From: a virus
IMG/VR virus record: IMGVR_UViG_3300027631_002653
Coordinates: 1-64,000 of that record
Strand: one strand, 5' to 3'
DNA: 64,000 nt
Numbering within the stretch: the first letter of the stretch is position 1; every line of letters begins with the position of its first letter. The position numbers and the translations under genes are program-made. Under the pieces are notes generated by a model. It did not search any database. It was not told the DNA's origin and saw only the letters and a list, made by a program, of their open reading frames with translations. Shown one piece after another: positions 38,910 through 47,594 of the stretch.

Positions 38910-39609
38910 TAAATTTGTTTATAGTTCTATAAATAGATTATCACCCGAAGCACCAGTACCAATATTAAATCCAACTCAAATAACAGAAAATCCTGGAATG
39001 GCAGGGAATGTTGTTGCTAATATTAAAGCACTACAACCAGATAGTATTATTTCTCTTATAACTCAACTTGAACATATTACAAAAACACGTTATGTTGATA
39101 TTAAAACAAATCATATGTTTATTAGAGTTGATGAAGGTGAAGAATACATTTCAGACCTACAATGGACTCCAAAAATGGATGTTTTATTAGCTGAAGCAGA
39201 TATTGTTATTGTAAGTGATTATAATAAAGGATTTTTAAATAATTCTCATCTTAAAGCCATATCTAAAAAATCTAAATTATCTATTTTAGATAGTAAACGT
39301 AAATTGAGTAACGAAATTATTAAAGACTTTTCATTTATTAAATTAAACGAAACAGAATATAAAAATAATTTGGGTATAAATCATTCTGGTTTAATTGTAA
39401 CTTTAGGAGATAAAGGAGCATCATACCAAGATAAAATAATACCACAAAATAATCCTCAACAAACAATAGATGTTTCAGGAGCAGGTGATACATTTGTAGC
39501 AGCATTTGCTTTAGATTATTATTCTTGTTTAAACGTTGTTGAGGCAATAGATTATGCTAACCAAATGGCCTCTAATGTAGTAAATAAAAGAGGAGTAGCA
39601 ACACCTTAA
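38875..39609 (+). CDS. PfkB-family kinase, HldE/RfaE heptose-7-phosphate kinase-like
   Basis: RLSPEAPVP, GMAGNV, SDYNKG, DVSGAGDTF. Confidence 0.85.
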   Translation: MKIVVIGETCVDKFVYSSINRLSPEAPVPILNPTQITENPGMAGNVVANIKALQPDSIISLITQLEHITKTRYVDIKTNHMFIRVDEGEEYISDLQWTPKMDVLLAEADIVIVSDYNKGFLNNSHLKAISKKSKLSILDSKRKLSNEIIKDFSFIKLNETEYKNNLGINHSGLIVTLGDKGASYQDKIIPQNNPQQTIDVSGAGDTFVAAFALDYYSCLNVVEAIDYANQMASNVVNKRGVATP

Positions 39610-39615
39610 AAAATA

Positions 39616-39645
39616 TTTGGTTATCTGAAATCTTGTTCGTATATT
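39616..39645 (+). promoter_or_regulatory. TTGG-N19-TATATT promoter
   Basis: TTTGG 39616-39620, TATATT 39640. Confidence 0.8.
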
Positions 39646-39668
39646 ACACATATAAAGAAATAAAGGTT

Positions 39669-40124
39669 ATGGCACTCTGGAAATTTAGTAATTTAAATAA
39701 GTATGGTAATTGGAGGCATCGCATTATTGCTTTGCCTGATGGTAAACCATTTTCACACGGTCCTGGTTTTGGATCGTCAGTTGGTGTAAGTCGTTTTAGA
39801 TATACACATGAGCATAGATATCCACCTGCATTATTTATTTCACCTAAAGATGGACAAAAATATATTATACCTGGATGGCAAAAAGTACTTACCGAAACCA
39901 CATTAAATGATATTGAGTGGATTAAACCTGAAGTTAAGGTAATAAAATCTAAAGATACTCCAATATTAACATCAGAGTACAAGTTCGAATCAAAAAGTGA
40001 CCCAGGTAGTTTTTATGCTGTTCAAGTAATAGGCAATAAAATAAAATGTAATTGTCCAGGAGTATGGCGTTCAAAAGATCGTCGTTGTAAACACATCAAA
40101 GAAGTTGAAAAAACAATCCAATGA
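39669..40124 (+). CDS. SWIM zinc-finger protein
   Basis: CNCPG...CKH; start moved to ATG 39669. Confidence 0.7.
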   Translation: MALWKFSNLNKYGNWRHRIIALPDGKPFSHGPGFGSSVGVSRFRYTHEHRYPPALFISPKDGQKYIIPGWQKVLTETTLNDIEWIKPEVKVIKSKDTPILTSEYKFESKSDPGSFYAVQVIGNKIKCNCPGVWRSKDRRCKHIKEVEKTIQ

Positions 40125-40576
40125 AATATACTTACGGAAAAGATGATTTGAAAGTATGGTTGATGGAAAATCTAGACACATTGTTAGAACGTCAAACTTT
40201 CCAAGCATTAATTGTAGAAGTAAAAGTAGCAAGTGATGCTAATAATACTTTTGTAAATCGTATAGGCCACGATGAAGTTGGTGAAAGAGGTAGAATTGAA
40301 ACTAAATTTACTAATTATATTATGCCTTCTGGAGAATTACGACTTAATAGTGCAGGTGAAAATAAACGTGAAGGGTTTGATTTTATGCGTATCATTGATG
40401 GTATAAATGAGCGTATTTTTGAAATACCTCATGATGTTTATTATGAACGTGGGAAATTTTATGGAAACGAATTTAAATGGAGTGCTTCATATAATACAAC
40501 AGATAAACTTCAAACCGGAAATACCCAACTATTACTTAATCACGAAATAACCCAATTAGAAAATGATAACAAATAA
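40121..40576 (+). CDS. Hypothetical protein
   Basis: Packed ORF; D...IETK is a possible PD-(D/E)XK-like motif. Confidence 0.5.
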   Translation: MKYTYGKDDLKVWLMENLDTLLERQTFQALIVEVKVASDANNTFVNRIGHDEVGERGRIETKFTNYIMPSGELRLNSAGENKREGFDFMRIIDGINERIFEIPHDVYYERGKFYGNEFKWSASYNTTDKLQTGNTQLLLNHEITQLENDNK

Positions 40577-40781
40577 ACGTCCTCAAAAAACTAAAATCGA
40601 AATTGATTTAACTGGTCCTGATGGTAATGCTTTTGCTTTATTAGGTATTGCTAAGAATTTATGTCATAAAACAGGTATTGAATGGGAACCTGTTAAAAAC
40701 GAAATGACAAGTGGTGATTATGAAAATCTACTCCAAGTAATGGATAGACATTTTGGTAATCTAATAGTAATGTACAGGTAA
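40563..40781 (+). CDS. Small phage hypothetical protein
   Basis: IDLTGPDGNAFALLG...MTSGDY. Confidence 0.65.
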   Translation: MITNKRPQKTKIEIDLTGPDGNAFALLGIAKNLCHKTGIEWEPVKNEMTSGDYENLLQVMDRHFGNLIVMYR

Positions 40782-40811
40782 TTTGGCTTTGTCAGATCTT
40801 GTTCGTATATT
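40782..40811 (+). promoter_or_regulatory. TTGG-N19-TATATT promoter
   Basis: TTTGG 40782-40786, TATATT 40806. Confidence 0.8.
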
Positions 40812-40834
40812 GACGATATAAAAAAATAAAGGTT

Positions 40835-41263
40835 ATGGAAATAAAAACAGAACGTAGAGGTAGACCAGCAGAAGTAATTGCGGTGCTTAAAGAAAAATGG
40901 GAAGAAACTTATTATGAAGTACCATCTAAACCTGAATTAGGGTGGAAAATGATTTGGTATTATGATAGAAGTAAGAACAGTAATGGTCCTTATAAAACAG
41001 AAATGACTTACCCTAAAAATCACAAACCCGAGAAAGTTAAAGCCGATAAAGGTAAAGCATATAATAGTCAACCTGTAGTAATGGTATTTAAAACATCAAA
41101 TCGTTTAAATGCTAAAACTAAAATTAAAGTTTGGAATAATGAAAATGTTGATTATATATTATCAGCACCAACACTACCGGGTGTACCAGAAACAGCAATT
41201 ATAGTAGAATTAGGTGTTGGTGAAGGTTTTATTGAATCTTACCGCAATAAATACTCTCTTTAA
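40835..41263 (+). CDS. Hypothetical protein with N-terminal RRGRP
   Basis: ORF after the promoter. Confidence 0.6.
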   Translation: MEIKTERRGRPAEVIAVLKEKWEETYYEVPSKPELGWKMIWYYDRSKNSNGPYKTEMTYPKNHKPEKVKADKGKAYNSQPVVMVFKTSNRLNAKTKIKVWNNENVDYILSAPTLPGVPETAIIVELGVGEGFIESYRNKYSL

Positions 41264-41264
41264 C

Positions 41265-41280
41265 ATATTTATTACATATA
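41265..41280 (+). promoter_or_regulatory. ATATTTATTACATATA motif
   Basis: Identical 16-mer at 44630-44645; both lie just after a stop codon and before an operon head. Confidence 0.55.
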
Positions 41281-41295
41281 ATTAAACATTAAAAA

Positions 41296-42030
41296 ATGGG
41301 AACAAGAGCTCTTATAGGATACTTAGATACAAATGGTGATACTAAGCTTACTAGTACGTATAATCATTACGATGGTTATCCTTCAAACTTAGGTAAAGGT
41401 TTAGAAAATTTTTATGATAGTGATGCTAAAGCAGAAGAAATTGCTAATGTAGGATACATTAGTTATTTAGATCCTGAAACAGGTGAAATCGAAGCAGCAA
41501 ATAAACAAAAACCAACAATAACCCCACTACCCGATAATTTTAATGAAGCTATGATGGAAATCGCTGCAGAAATTGATAGTTTTAGTGGTGATTATGGTTA
41601 TATTTGGGATAATGAAAATGAGGAATGGATTACTGTTAAAAACGAAGGTATCAGAAGTATGGCTGAGGATTTAGAAATGAATTTAGCTCATTTAAAAGAT
41701 AAATTTGCTATGATGCCTGAACGTCCTGATCAAACAAGATCACATTTTGTAGATAATGACGAGGCAGATGAAGATGCTAGAATGAATGAAGTAACTATAA
41801 AAGAAGAAAATACTATTAGTAAAGCTAAAAAAGCACTTAAGGATAAAATGAATCTAGATGTTTATATTAAATCATTAGAAAATGATATCCGTTTAAATGG
41901 TGAAGAAAACTATAAAGATTATTCAATAGAAGATTTTATTGAAGATTATGATAATTACACCCAAAATAAAACAGAATTAGACGAAGCATTTGTACGTCAA
42001 ATGAAATATAAAGCAGGTATTATTAAATAA
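41296..42030 (+). CDS. Acidic hypothetical protein (candidate virion internal protein)
   Basis: MGTRALIG...YNHYDGYP; C-terminal LDEAFVRQMKYKAGIIK. Confidence 0.6.
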   Translation: MGTRALIGYLDTNGDTKLTSTYNHYDGYPSNLGKGLENFYDSDAKAEEIANVGYISYLDPETGEIEAANKQKPTITPLPDNFNEAMMEIAAEIDSFSGDYGYIWDNENEEWITVKNEGIRSMAEDLEMNLAHLKDKFAMMPERPDQTRSHFVDNDEADEDARMNEVTIKEENTISKAKKALKDKMNLDVYIKSLENDIRLNGEENYKDYSIEDFIEDYDNYTQNKTELDEAFVRQMKYKAGIIK

Positions 42031-42035
42031 ATAAA

Positions 42036-42710
42036 ATGAAAAAACAAATTTTAAGCGAAGAATTTCGCAAAATGCAAAAATTAGCAGGTATTATTACTGA
42101 AAGCGAATACAAAAAATTAACAGAAAATCAAGCTTCTGATTTAATAAATGATGGAGTAGTATTATATGTTTCTGATGATTCTAAATTAGCACCTGGATTT
42201 ATTAAGTCTAAAAACCTAGGATTTATAGTATATAATGTAGCTATAAAAGATACTTCAAAATCAATTTTATCTATAACTGGTACTTTATCTAAAAACCCAA
42301 AAGTAGTTCAAATATTTAATGATAATTATGGAATAATTGATATAAATTATATTTCAACCTTTTTAACTAATCCAAAAAATTGGAATCCTATTACTAGTGA
42401 AGATGAATTAAATAACTTTATGTCAAAGCATAGTAAAATATATTTAATTAATCATAACGGTGATTCATCTGAATTAAAAGAATCATTAAATGAAGCATTT
42501 AATCCATTTTTAGATACCGAAGAAGGTGGATATATGAGAGAATACATTGATGATGTTGTTGAAGATAGTATGGGTGAACCAGAATCATTATTTCTTGATT
42601 ATCGACCTGATTTTGATATGGCTTTTAATTTAGCACTAACTAAACTTAAAGAGGATCATCCTGAATTAGATTTTGAGGCAATTAAAGCTAATAAAGAATC
42701 TTTCTTTTAA
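42036..42710 (+). CDS. Hypothetical protein (candidate virion internal protein)
   Basis: N-terminal LSEEFRKMQKLAGIITE; several L/I-x-E sites. Confidence 0.6.
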   Translation: MKKQILSEEFRKMQKLAGIITESEYKKLTENQASDLINDGVVLYVSDDSKLAPGFIKSKNLGFIVYNVAIKDTSKSILSITGTLSKNPKVVQIFNDNYGIIDINYISTFLTNPKNWNPITSEDELNNFMSKHSKIYLINHNGDSSELKESLNEAFNPFLDTEEGGYMREYIDDVVEDSMGEPESLFLDYRPDFDMAFNLALTKLKEDHPELDFEAIKANKESFF

Positions 42711-42730
42711 TAATTAAATAAAATAAAATA

Positions 42731-43054
42731 ATGAGAAAAGCAGATAACTTTAACGCTAGTGAGTGGTTAGTAGAAAATAAAATCACTTTCCAATCTCGTT
42801 TAAACGAAGATTTAACAGACGAAATAGCAGCATTACCTAATCACCACACAGCAGAAAATACAGAAGACGCTACGTTAGTAGTTGGTAAATATGCTGTTGT
42901 TCACTATGATGAAAGTGATGAAGGAGGTGAAGATATGTATGTAGTATGGGACAATACTGTTAACCAAGACGAAATTGGTTCATATGATGATGAACCCGAA
43001 TTCGAATCAACTGACCCAGCTGAAGTAGCTATTTGGTTAAAACAAAACGCATAA
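42731..43054 (+). CDS. Acidic hypothetical protein
   Basis: FNASEWLVENK...LNE. Confidence 0.6.
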   Translation: MRKADNFNASEWLVENKITFQSRLNEDLTDEIAALPNHHTAENTEDATLVVGKYAVVHYDESDEGGEDMYVVWDNTVNQDEIGSYDDEPEFESTDPAEVAIWLKQNA

Positions 43055-43080
43055 TTTAGAACTATTCTAAATGAACAACA
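43054..43080 (+). repeat. Palindromic element copy 1: ATTTAGAA-CTA-TTCTAAAT-GAACAACA
   Basis: Perfect 8-bp inverted repeat; homologous to 59504 and 61158. Confidence 0.75.
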
Positions 43081-43112
43081 GGGGTGGCTTTGCCACCCCT
43101 TTTTCGTATATT
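43080..43112 (+). terminator. Intrinsic terminator overlapping a promoter
   Basis: AGGGGTGGC-TTT-GCCACCCCT followed by TTTT; TGG 43085-43087 lies 19 nt before TATATT 43107. Confidence 0.75.
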
Positions 43113-43118
43113 TACGGT

Positions 43119-43259
43119 ATGATGAAAGACGAAAGAAAATTAGACGGTTTGAGTGTTAGGCACGTAGCTCAAATAGTACGCCGTAAAATGATTACACGTA
43201 CTAAACCATCAAGTAAAAACTATTCTCGCAAAAATTTAAAAAAAGATTTGGAGAACTGA
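43119..43259 (+). CDS. Small basic protein, possibly leaderless
   Basis: MMKDERKLDG...RRKMITRTKPSSKNYSRK; ATG 12 nt after the start of TATATT. Confidence 0.55.
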   Translation: MMKDERKLDGLSVRHVAQIVRRKMITRTKPSSKNYSRKNLKKDLEN

Positions 43260-43276
43260 GGGATTGTTCGTATATT
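43247..43276 (+). promoter_or_regulatory. TTGG-N19-TATATT promoter
   Basis: TTTGG 43247-43251, TATATT 43271. Confidence 0.8.
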
Positions 43277-43324
43277 CACGCATAATAAGGAATTAAATAA
43301 ATTAATAATATAAAAATAAAGGTT

Positions 43325-43672
43325 ATGAACAAACAAGTTAAGTTTGAAAAAGAAAATGGAGATCTGATTAGATCAGTTGCCCATTTATTAGGTTTAAAAG
43401 GTATCGAAGTGGAAAGAGATCACACTGATGGTATGCCTACAGTAGCAGGTGCCCATATTATGGGTGAAGAAGGAATTTATTTCCGAGTAAATCAGATGGG
43501 AAACTTCAATTCCCAAGAAGTTGAAAACATTAAACGAGCTCTTGATATTCGTATTGATGGTTATGAAGTTAAATTACTTAATATTGGTGATTTTGAAATG
43601 GATGATGACCGTTACTGGTATCCATCAATTGCCTTTACATTTATAAAAGATAATCAAAACGTACTTAATTAA
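43325..43672 (+). CDS. Hypothetical protein
   Basis: AATAAAGGTTATG start context. Confidence 0.6.
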   Translation: MNKQVKFEKENGDLIRSVAHLLGLKGIEVERDHTDGMPTVAGAHIMGEEGIYFRVNQMGNFNSQEVENIKRALDIRIDGYEVKLLNIGDFEMDDDRYWYPSIAFTFIKDNQNVLN

Positions 43673-43691
43673 TTAAACCTAAAAAATAGTT

Positions 43692-43919
43692 ATGAAACAT
43701 TTAGATCTAGATACATCAATCAAAAATTATTGGAGAAAAGCTAATGAAGCTTTAAAAGCTAAAAACATGGATGAAGCAAATGACTTGCTTGATTATTGTT
43801 TAGTTATTTTAGGGACAGCTACCTTGAAAGGTAAGGTTGAACTAGGAGGTGTACGTGTTGACCTATGGAAAGAACGTGTTTGGTATTCAATAGAAAATAA
43901 CGGATTTTTACCTGAATAA
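43692..43919 (+). CDS. Hypothetical protein
   Basis: Packed ORF. Confidence 0.55.
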   Translation: MKHLDLDTSIKNYWRKANEALKAKNMDEANDLLDYCLVILGTATLKGKVELGGVRVDLWKERVWYSIENNGFLPE

Positions 43920-43920
43920 T

Positions 43921-44055
43921 ATGAACCCAGAAACTAAAGAAATATTGTATATAGAACTCCAAGAGATTCTTATACTAATGGAAGACATGGATAATAACAT
44001 GGCTATTATTAAACTTGAAGATTTAATCAATAAAATCCAATACAACCAACTATGA
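43921..44055 (+). CDS. Hypothetical protein (44 aa, not in ORF track)
   Basis: MNPETKEILYIELQEIL...; exactly fills the gap, ATGA overlap with next gene. Confidence 0.55.
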   Translation: MNPETKEILYIELQEILILMEDMDNNMAIIKLEDLINKIQYNQL

Positions 44056-44318
44056 AATTTCTTGAACTAACCGGTTACGGAAATAAAATCATTCACTTTA
44101 TTAATGTTAAAGCTATTGCAGAGATTAGTTTTGAAAAATCATACACACATGTTGTACTTAATAATAGTACCTCAGTAAATGTAATTGAAGGTAAAGAAGA
44201 AATTGAAAAAATGTTTTATCATCTTGAAAGTGTTATTATTAATAAAGATATAGCTGATTATACACACGATGATGATTTTTGGGATGATGCAACTTATGAT
44301 GATGATTTACCATTTTAA
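44052..44318 (+). CDS. Hypothetical protein with SSB-like DDDLPF tail
   Basis: C-terminal YDDDLPF. Confidence 0.55.
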   Translation: MKFLELTGYGNKIIHFINVKAIAEISFEKSYTHVVLNNSTSVNVIEGKEEIEKMFYHLESVIINKDIADYTHDDDFWDDATYDDDLPF

Positions 44319-44321
44319 GAT

Positions 44322-44621
44322 ATGGCAGAGAAAAAAGGATTTACAGGCAAATTACATTATGACTTTCCTACACAAAAGTGTCTTGAAGTTAAATTACCTA
44401 ATGGAAAATGGTATAGGGCTACAGCTAATGAGTTTAGAAGTTATGATACAGAACGTAGGTTTGGTGTAGGTGAAAACACAGAACCATATGATGGTGTAGT
44501 TTATTATTATGGTACTAATAAAGTAGCACCTAAAGAAAACACATGTAAAATAATTTACCACCCACAGCACCCAAGACGCGAAATAGTATTAAGACCTCAC
44601 GAAAGACATTTACTAGATTAA
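44322..44621 (+). CDS. Hypothetical protein
   Basis: WYRATANEFRSY. Confidence 0.55.
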   Translation: MAEKKGFTGKLHYDFPTQKCLEVKLPNGKWYRATANEFRSYDTERRFGVGENTEPYDGVVYYYGTNKVAPKENTCKIIYHPQHPRREIVLRPHERHLLD

Positions 44622-44674
44622 ATTTAATAATATTTATTACATATATTGTTGCATAAAAATATAGATTACAAATA

Positions 44675-46321
44675 ATGAAGTTAACAAACGAATCAAACTC
44701 CAAAATTTTAGGTATTATAGGCGGACAACATTCTTGTGGTATTGCCTATATTGAAAACAACGAAATTAAAGTCGTATTAGAAGAAGAACGACTTATTAGA
44801 CAAAAACCTTACCTTGATTTAGAAGGTGATTTCTTTAGATTCCCCCTACAATCATTACAAGAATTAATTAATAGGTATAATGTTGATTTGTCTCAAGTTG
44901 ACTATTTTACTAGTTTTCTTAAGTACGATGTTGTAAAACAAATCCTTAAACAAACTGTTGATTTTGATTTACCTGAAAATAAATTTATTAAAACAGAGCA
45001 CCATGAAACCCATTGTGCTTTAGCTTATTATTTATCTAATTTTCAAGATGATACTTTAGTAGTAGCAATTGATGGAAGTGGTGAACACCACTCAGCTAAA
45101 TATTATGTTGGTACTAATGGTAATATGGAATATATTGATGGTATTGAACTTAATAGAAAATCATTAGGTTTATTTTATGCCGCAATAACCGAGTTAATTG
45201 GTTTTAAACGTTTAAAAGACGAAGGTAAAACAGTTGGAATGGCAGGACATGGTAATTTTTGGAAAGAAGTATATGATGCTTTTGATAAATCTATTACAGT
45301 CACAGATATTAAAACTGATTTAGCTGAATTTAATGACCCACATGATTTAGCTGGTGGTTCTATTTTTAAAGAAGTAATGACTAATTTTTTTGATGTTGTT
45401 GGTAGTAAAGTTTGGAAACCAGCAATTAAAGATGTAGCATTAGCAGGTCAATTAGTATTAGAAGAAAAAACACTACAAATTTTAAATAACTTAAGAAAAC
45501 GTTACCCACATATTCGTAAAATAGCATTAGCTGGAGGTATTTTTGCTAATGTTAGAATGAATAAACGTATTAATGAATTAGAGTGGGTTGATGAAATTTT
45601 TATTGCACCACCAATGGGCGATGAAGGATTAGCATTAGGTTCAGCATTAATTGTATTTAAACAATTACACCCTGAATTTAAACCAGTCCGTTTAGATAAT
45701 GTATTTTTTGGAACAGAATATAATGAAGAAGAAATTAATAACGCAGCCCGAGAAATCTTGGGAACTTATAACTATATACCTCTTAACATTGATTTTATCA
45801 CTAGTCTTTTAAATAATCAAAAGATTGTAGGATTATTTCAAGGTAAATTTGAACATGGACCTCGTGCTTTAGGTAATAGAACAATTATGTGTGATGCAAC
45901 ACATCCGGACACATATGATGTAATTAATGGTAGATTAAAACGAAATGATTTTATGCCATTTGCCCCAGCTGTATTAGATGAAGATGCTGATATATTATTT
46001 GAAGTAAGTAAATCAAGATATGCTGCTGAATTTATGACATTATGTTTTAACACTAGAGATGAATGGAAAGATAAACTACCAACAGTTGTCCACCCAGTAG
46101 ATAAAACAGCTCGTGTACAAATAGTAACTGAAAATTCAAATCCATTGTTTTATAAGATTTTAAAATCATATAAAGAAAAAACAGGTATTGGGTGTTTAGT
46201 AAATACTTCATTTAATGTTCATAATGAACCTATAGTAAATAGACCCGTAGAAGCATTTGTACATTTAAAAAATAATATTATAGATTATTTAGTAACTCCT
46301 TATGGAATTTATTCAAAATGA
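44675..46321 (+). CDS. Carbamoyltransferase (NodU/CmcH family)
   Basis: EEERLIRQK, HHETH, IDGSGE, EGKTVGMA, LAGGIFANV, EHGPRALGNR, FMPFAP, NTSFNVH. Confidence 0.92.
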   Translation: MKLTNESNSKILGIIGGQHSCGIAYIENNEIKVVLEEERLIRQKPYLDLEGDFFRFPLQSLQELINRYNVDLSQVDYFTSFLKYDVVKQILKQTVDFDLPENKFIKTEHHETHCALAYYLSNFQDDTLVVAIDGSGEHHSAKYYVGTNGNMEYIDGIELNRKSLGLFYAAITELIGFKRLKDEGKTVGMAGHGNFWKEVYDAFDKSITVTDIKTDLAEFNDPHDLAGGSIFKEVMTNFFDVVGSKVWKPAIKDVALAGQLVLEEKTLQILNNLRKRYPHIRKIALAGGIFANVRMNKRINELEWVDEIFIAPPMGDEGLALGSALIVFKQLHPEFKPVRLDNVFFGTEYNEEEINNAAREILGTYNYIPLNIDFITSLLNNQKIVGLFQGKFEHGPRALGNRTIMCDATHPDTYDVINGRLKRNDFMPFAPAVLDEDADILFEVSKSRYAAEFMTLCFNTRDEWKDKLPTVVHPVDKTARVQIVTENSNPLFYKILKSYKEKTGIGCLVNTSFNVHNEPIVNRPVEAFVHLKNNIIDYLVTPYGIYSK

Positions 46322-46512
46322 GTAATGAAGAACACTTAGAAGAAATTTTATATAAAGCTCATAAAAAGGGGTTTTATGAAGAATTATTTCATGTAGCAAA
46401 TCAAATCCAAAAGCAAAACCCTAAAATTGGATTATATGAAAAAATTGATTTAGCTTATACACAAATAAAAACAGAAAGATTAAAAAATAATGAAAATACA
46501 TCTCAACATTGA
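46318..46512 (+). CDS. Hypothetical protein
   Basis: EEILYKAHKKG; packed ORF. Confidence 0.55.
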   Translation: MSNEEHLEEILYKAHKKGFYEELFHVANQIQKQNPKIGLYEKIDLAYTQIKTERLKNNENTSQH

Positions 46513-46939
46513 TTGTGAAGCTAATATTATATTTAATAATGACGCTAAAGTAATTTTAAAAGGTCATGAATCATATTTAACCAAATGGTTTTTTGATGAT
46601 GAATTTGTAGGTGAAATGAATCTAAGTGGAGGACAATGGGGTGCTTATCCTATTAAAGTTGGTAATTGGAAAATAGAATTACATAGAGATGATAAGATTT
46701 ATAAATATGAATTGAACTTAGAAAATAGAAATGTTTTATTTATATATAATTTCCAATACCTTAAAGGTAAACTACCAGATATAAATGAAATGGTTAGTTA
46801 TATAAGTGAATTGAAAGATAAATACAAATTAATCCCATATGTTTATTTTAAAGATAGTGAAAAGTTTGTTTTACCTTTTAAAACTTTAAAAATGAATGAA
46901 AATGGAGATTTTGTCTTAATTATAGAAAAAAATGGATAA
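46490..46939 (+). CDS. Hypothetical protein
   Basis: Packed ORF. Confidence 0.55.
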   Translation: MKIHLNIDCEANIIFNNDAKVILKGHESYLTKWFFDDEFVGEMNLSGGQWGAYPIKVGNWKIELHRDDKIYKYELNLENRNVLFIYNFQYLKGKLPDINEMVSYISELKDKYKLIPYVYFKDSEKFVLPFKTLKMNENGDFVLIIEKNG

Positions 46940-47594
46940 TCTTATTAAAATATATAATGGTGCTATTAGCCCTGAAATGTGTCAATTTATTATTGATAAA
47001 TTTGAATATTCTCAAAATAAAGTAGACGGAATGTCGGGTGGTGGTATAAGAAAACATATCAAAGCATCTACTGATTTAATGATACATGATGAAGCTGGTA
47101 AAGATGATGATTGGAATTACATTTACAATTATTTGATGGAAAATTTATTACACTATTTAGTAGATTATCTTGAAGTAAATGATTTTCCTATTTTATCTCA
47201 AAATTATTCAAGTAAATCAAGTGTTGTTAGAACTGCTCAAACATGTTTTATGAGTGGTAATAACGGTACACCTCATATTCAAATGCAACGTTATATTGGT
47301 GGTGAAGGTTATTACGCATGGCATCACGAAAATGAAGGTGGTAACACATCAAAACGCGAATTATTTTATATCTATTACCTAAATACTCTAACAACTGGTG
47401 GAACAGAATTTAAATACAACCCCCAAATTATCTACCCAGAATCAGGTAAATTAATTTTCTCACCAGCTTATTGGACTCATAAACATAGAGGTAATGCTCC
47501 AGGAGATGGTAATACAAAATATATTATTACGGGTTGGATTGAAAGTCAAAAAAATAATATAGGTGAAGAATTTGAACAAGATTATTTTATATGA
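46932..47594 (+). CDS. 2OG-Fe(II) oxygenase
   Basis: YYAWHHE, YYLN, GGTEF, THKHRG, KYIITGW. Confidence 0.88.
   Translation: MDNLIKIYNGAISPEMCQFIIDKFEYSQNKVDGMSGGGIRKHIKASTDLMIHDEAGKDDDWNYIYNYLMENLLHYLVDYLEVNDFPILSQNYSSKSSVVRTAQTCFMSGNNGTPHIQMQRYIGGEGYYAWHHENEGGNTSKRELFYIYYLNTLTTGGTEFKYNPQIIYPESGKLIFSPAYWTHKHRGNAPGDGNTKYIITGWIESQKNNIGEEFEQDYFI

Noticed and set aside
43071-43118. Track start sites at 43071, 39633, 61429, 9436, 21473 and 1572
   Set aside because: These N-terminal extensions run through promoters, terminators or the upstream gene; downstream ATGs fit better
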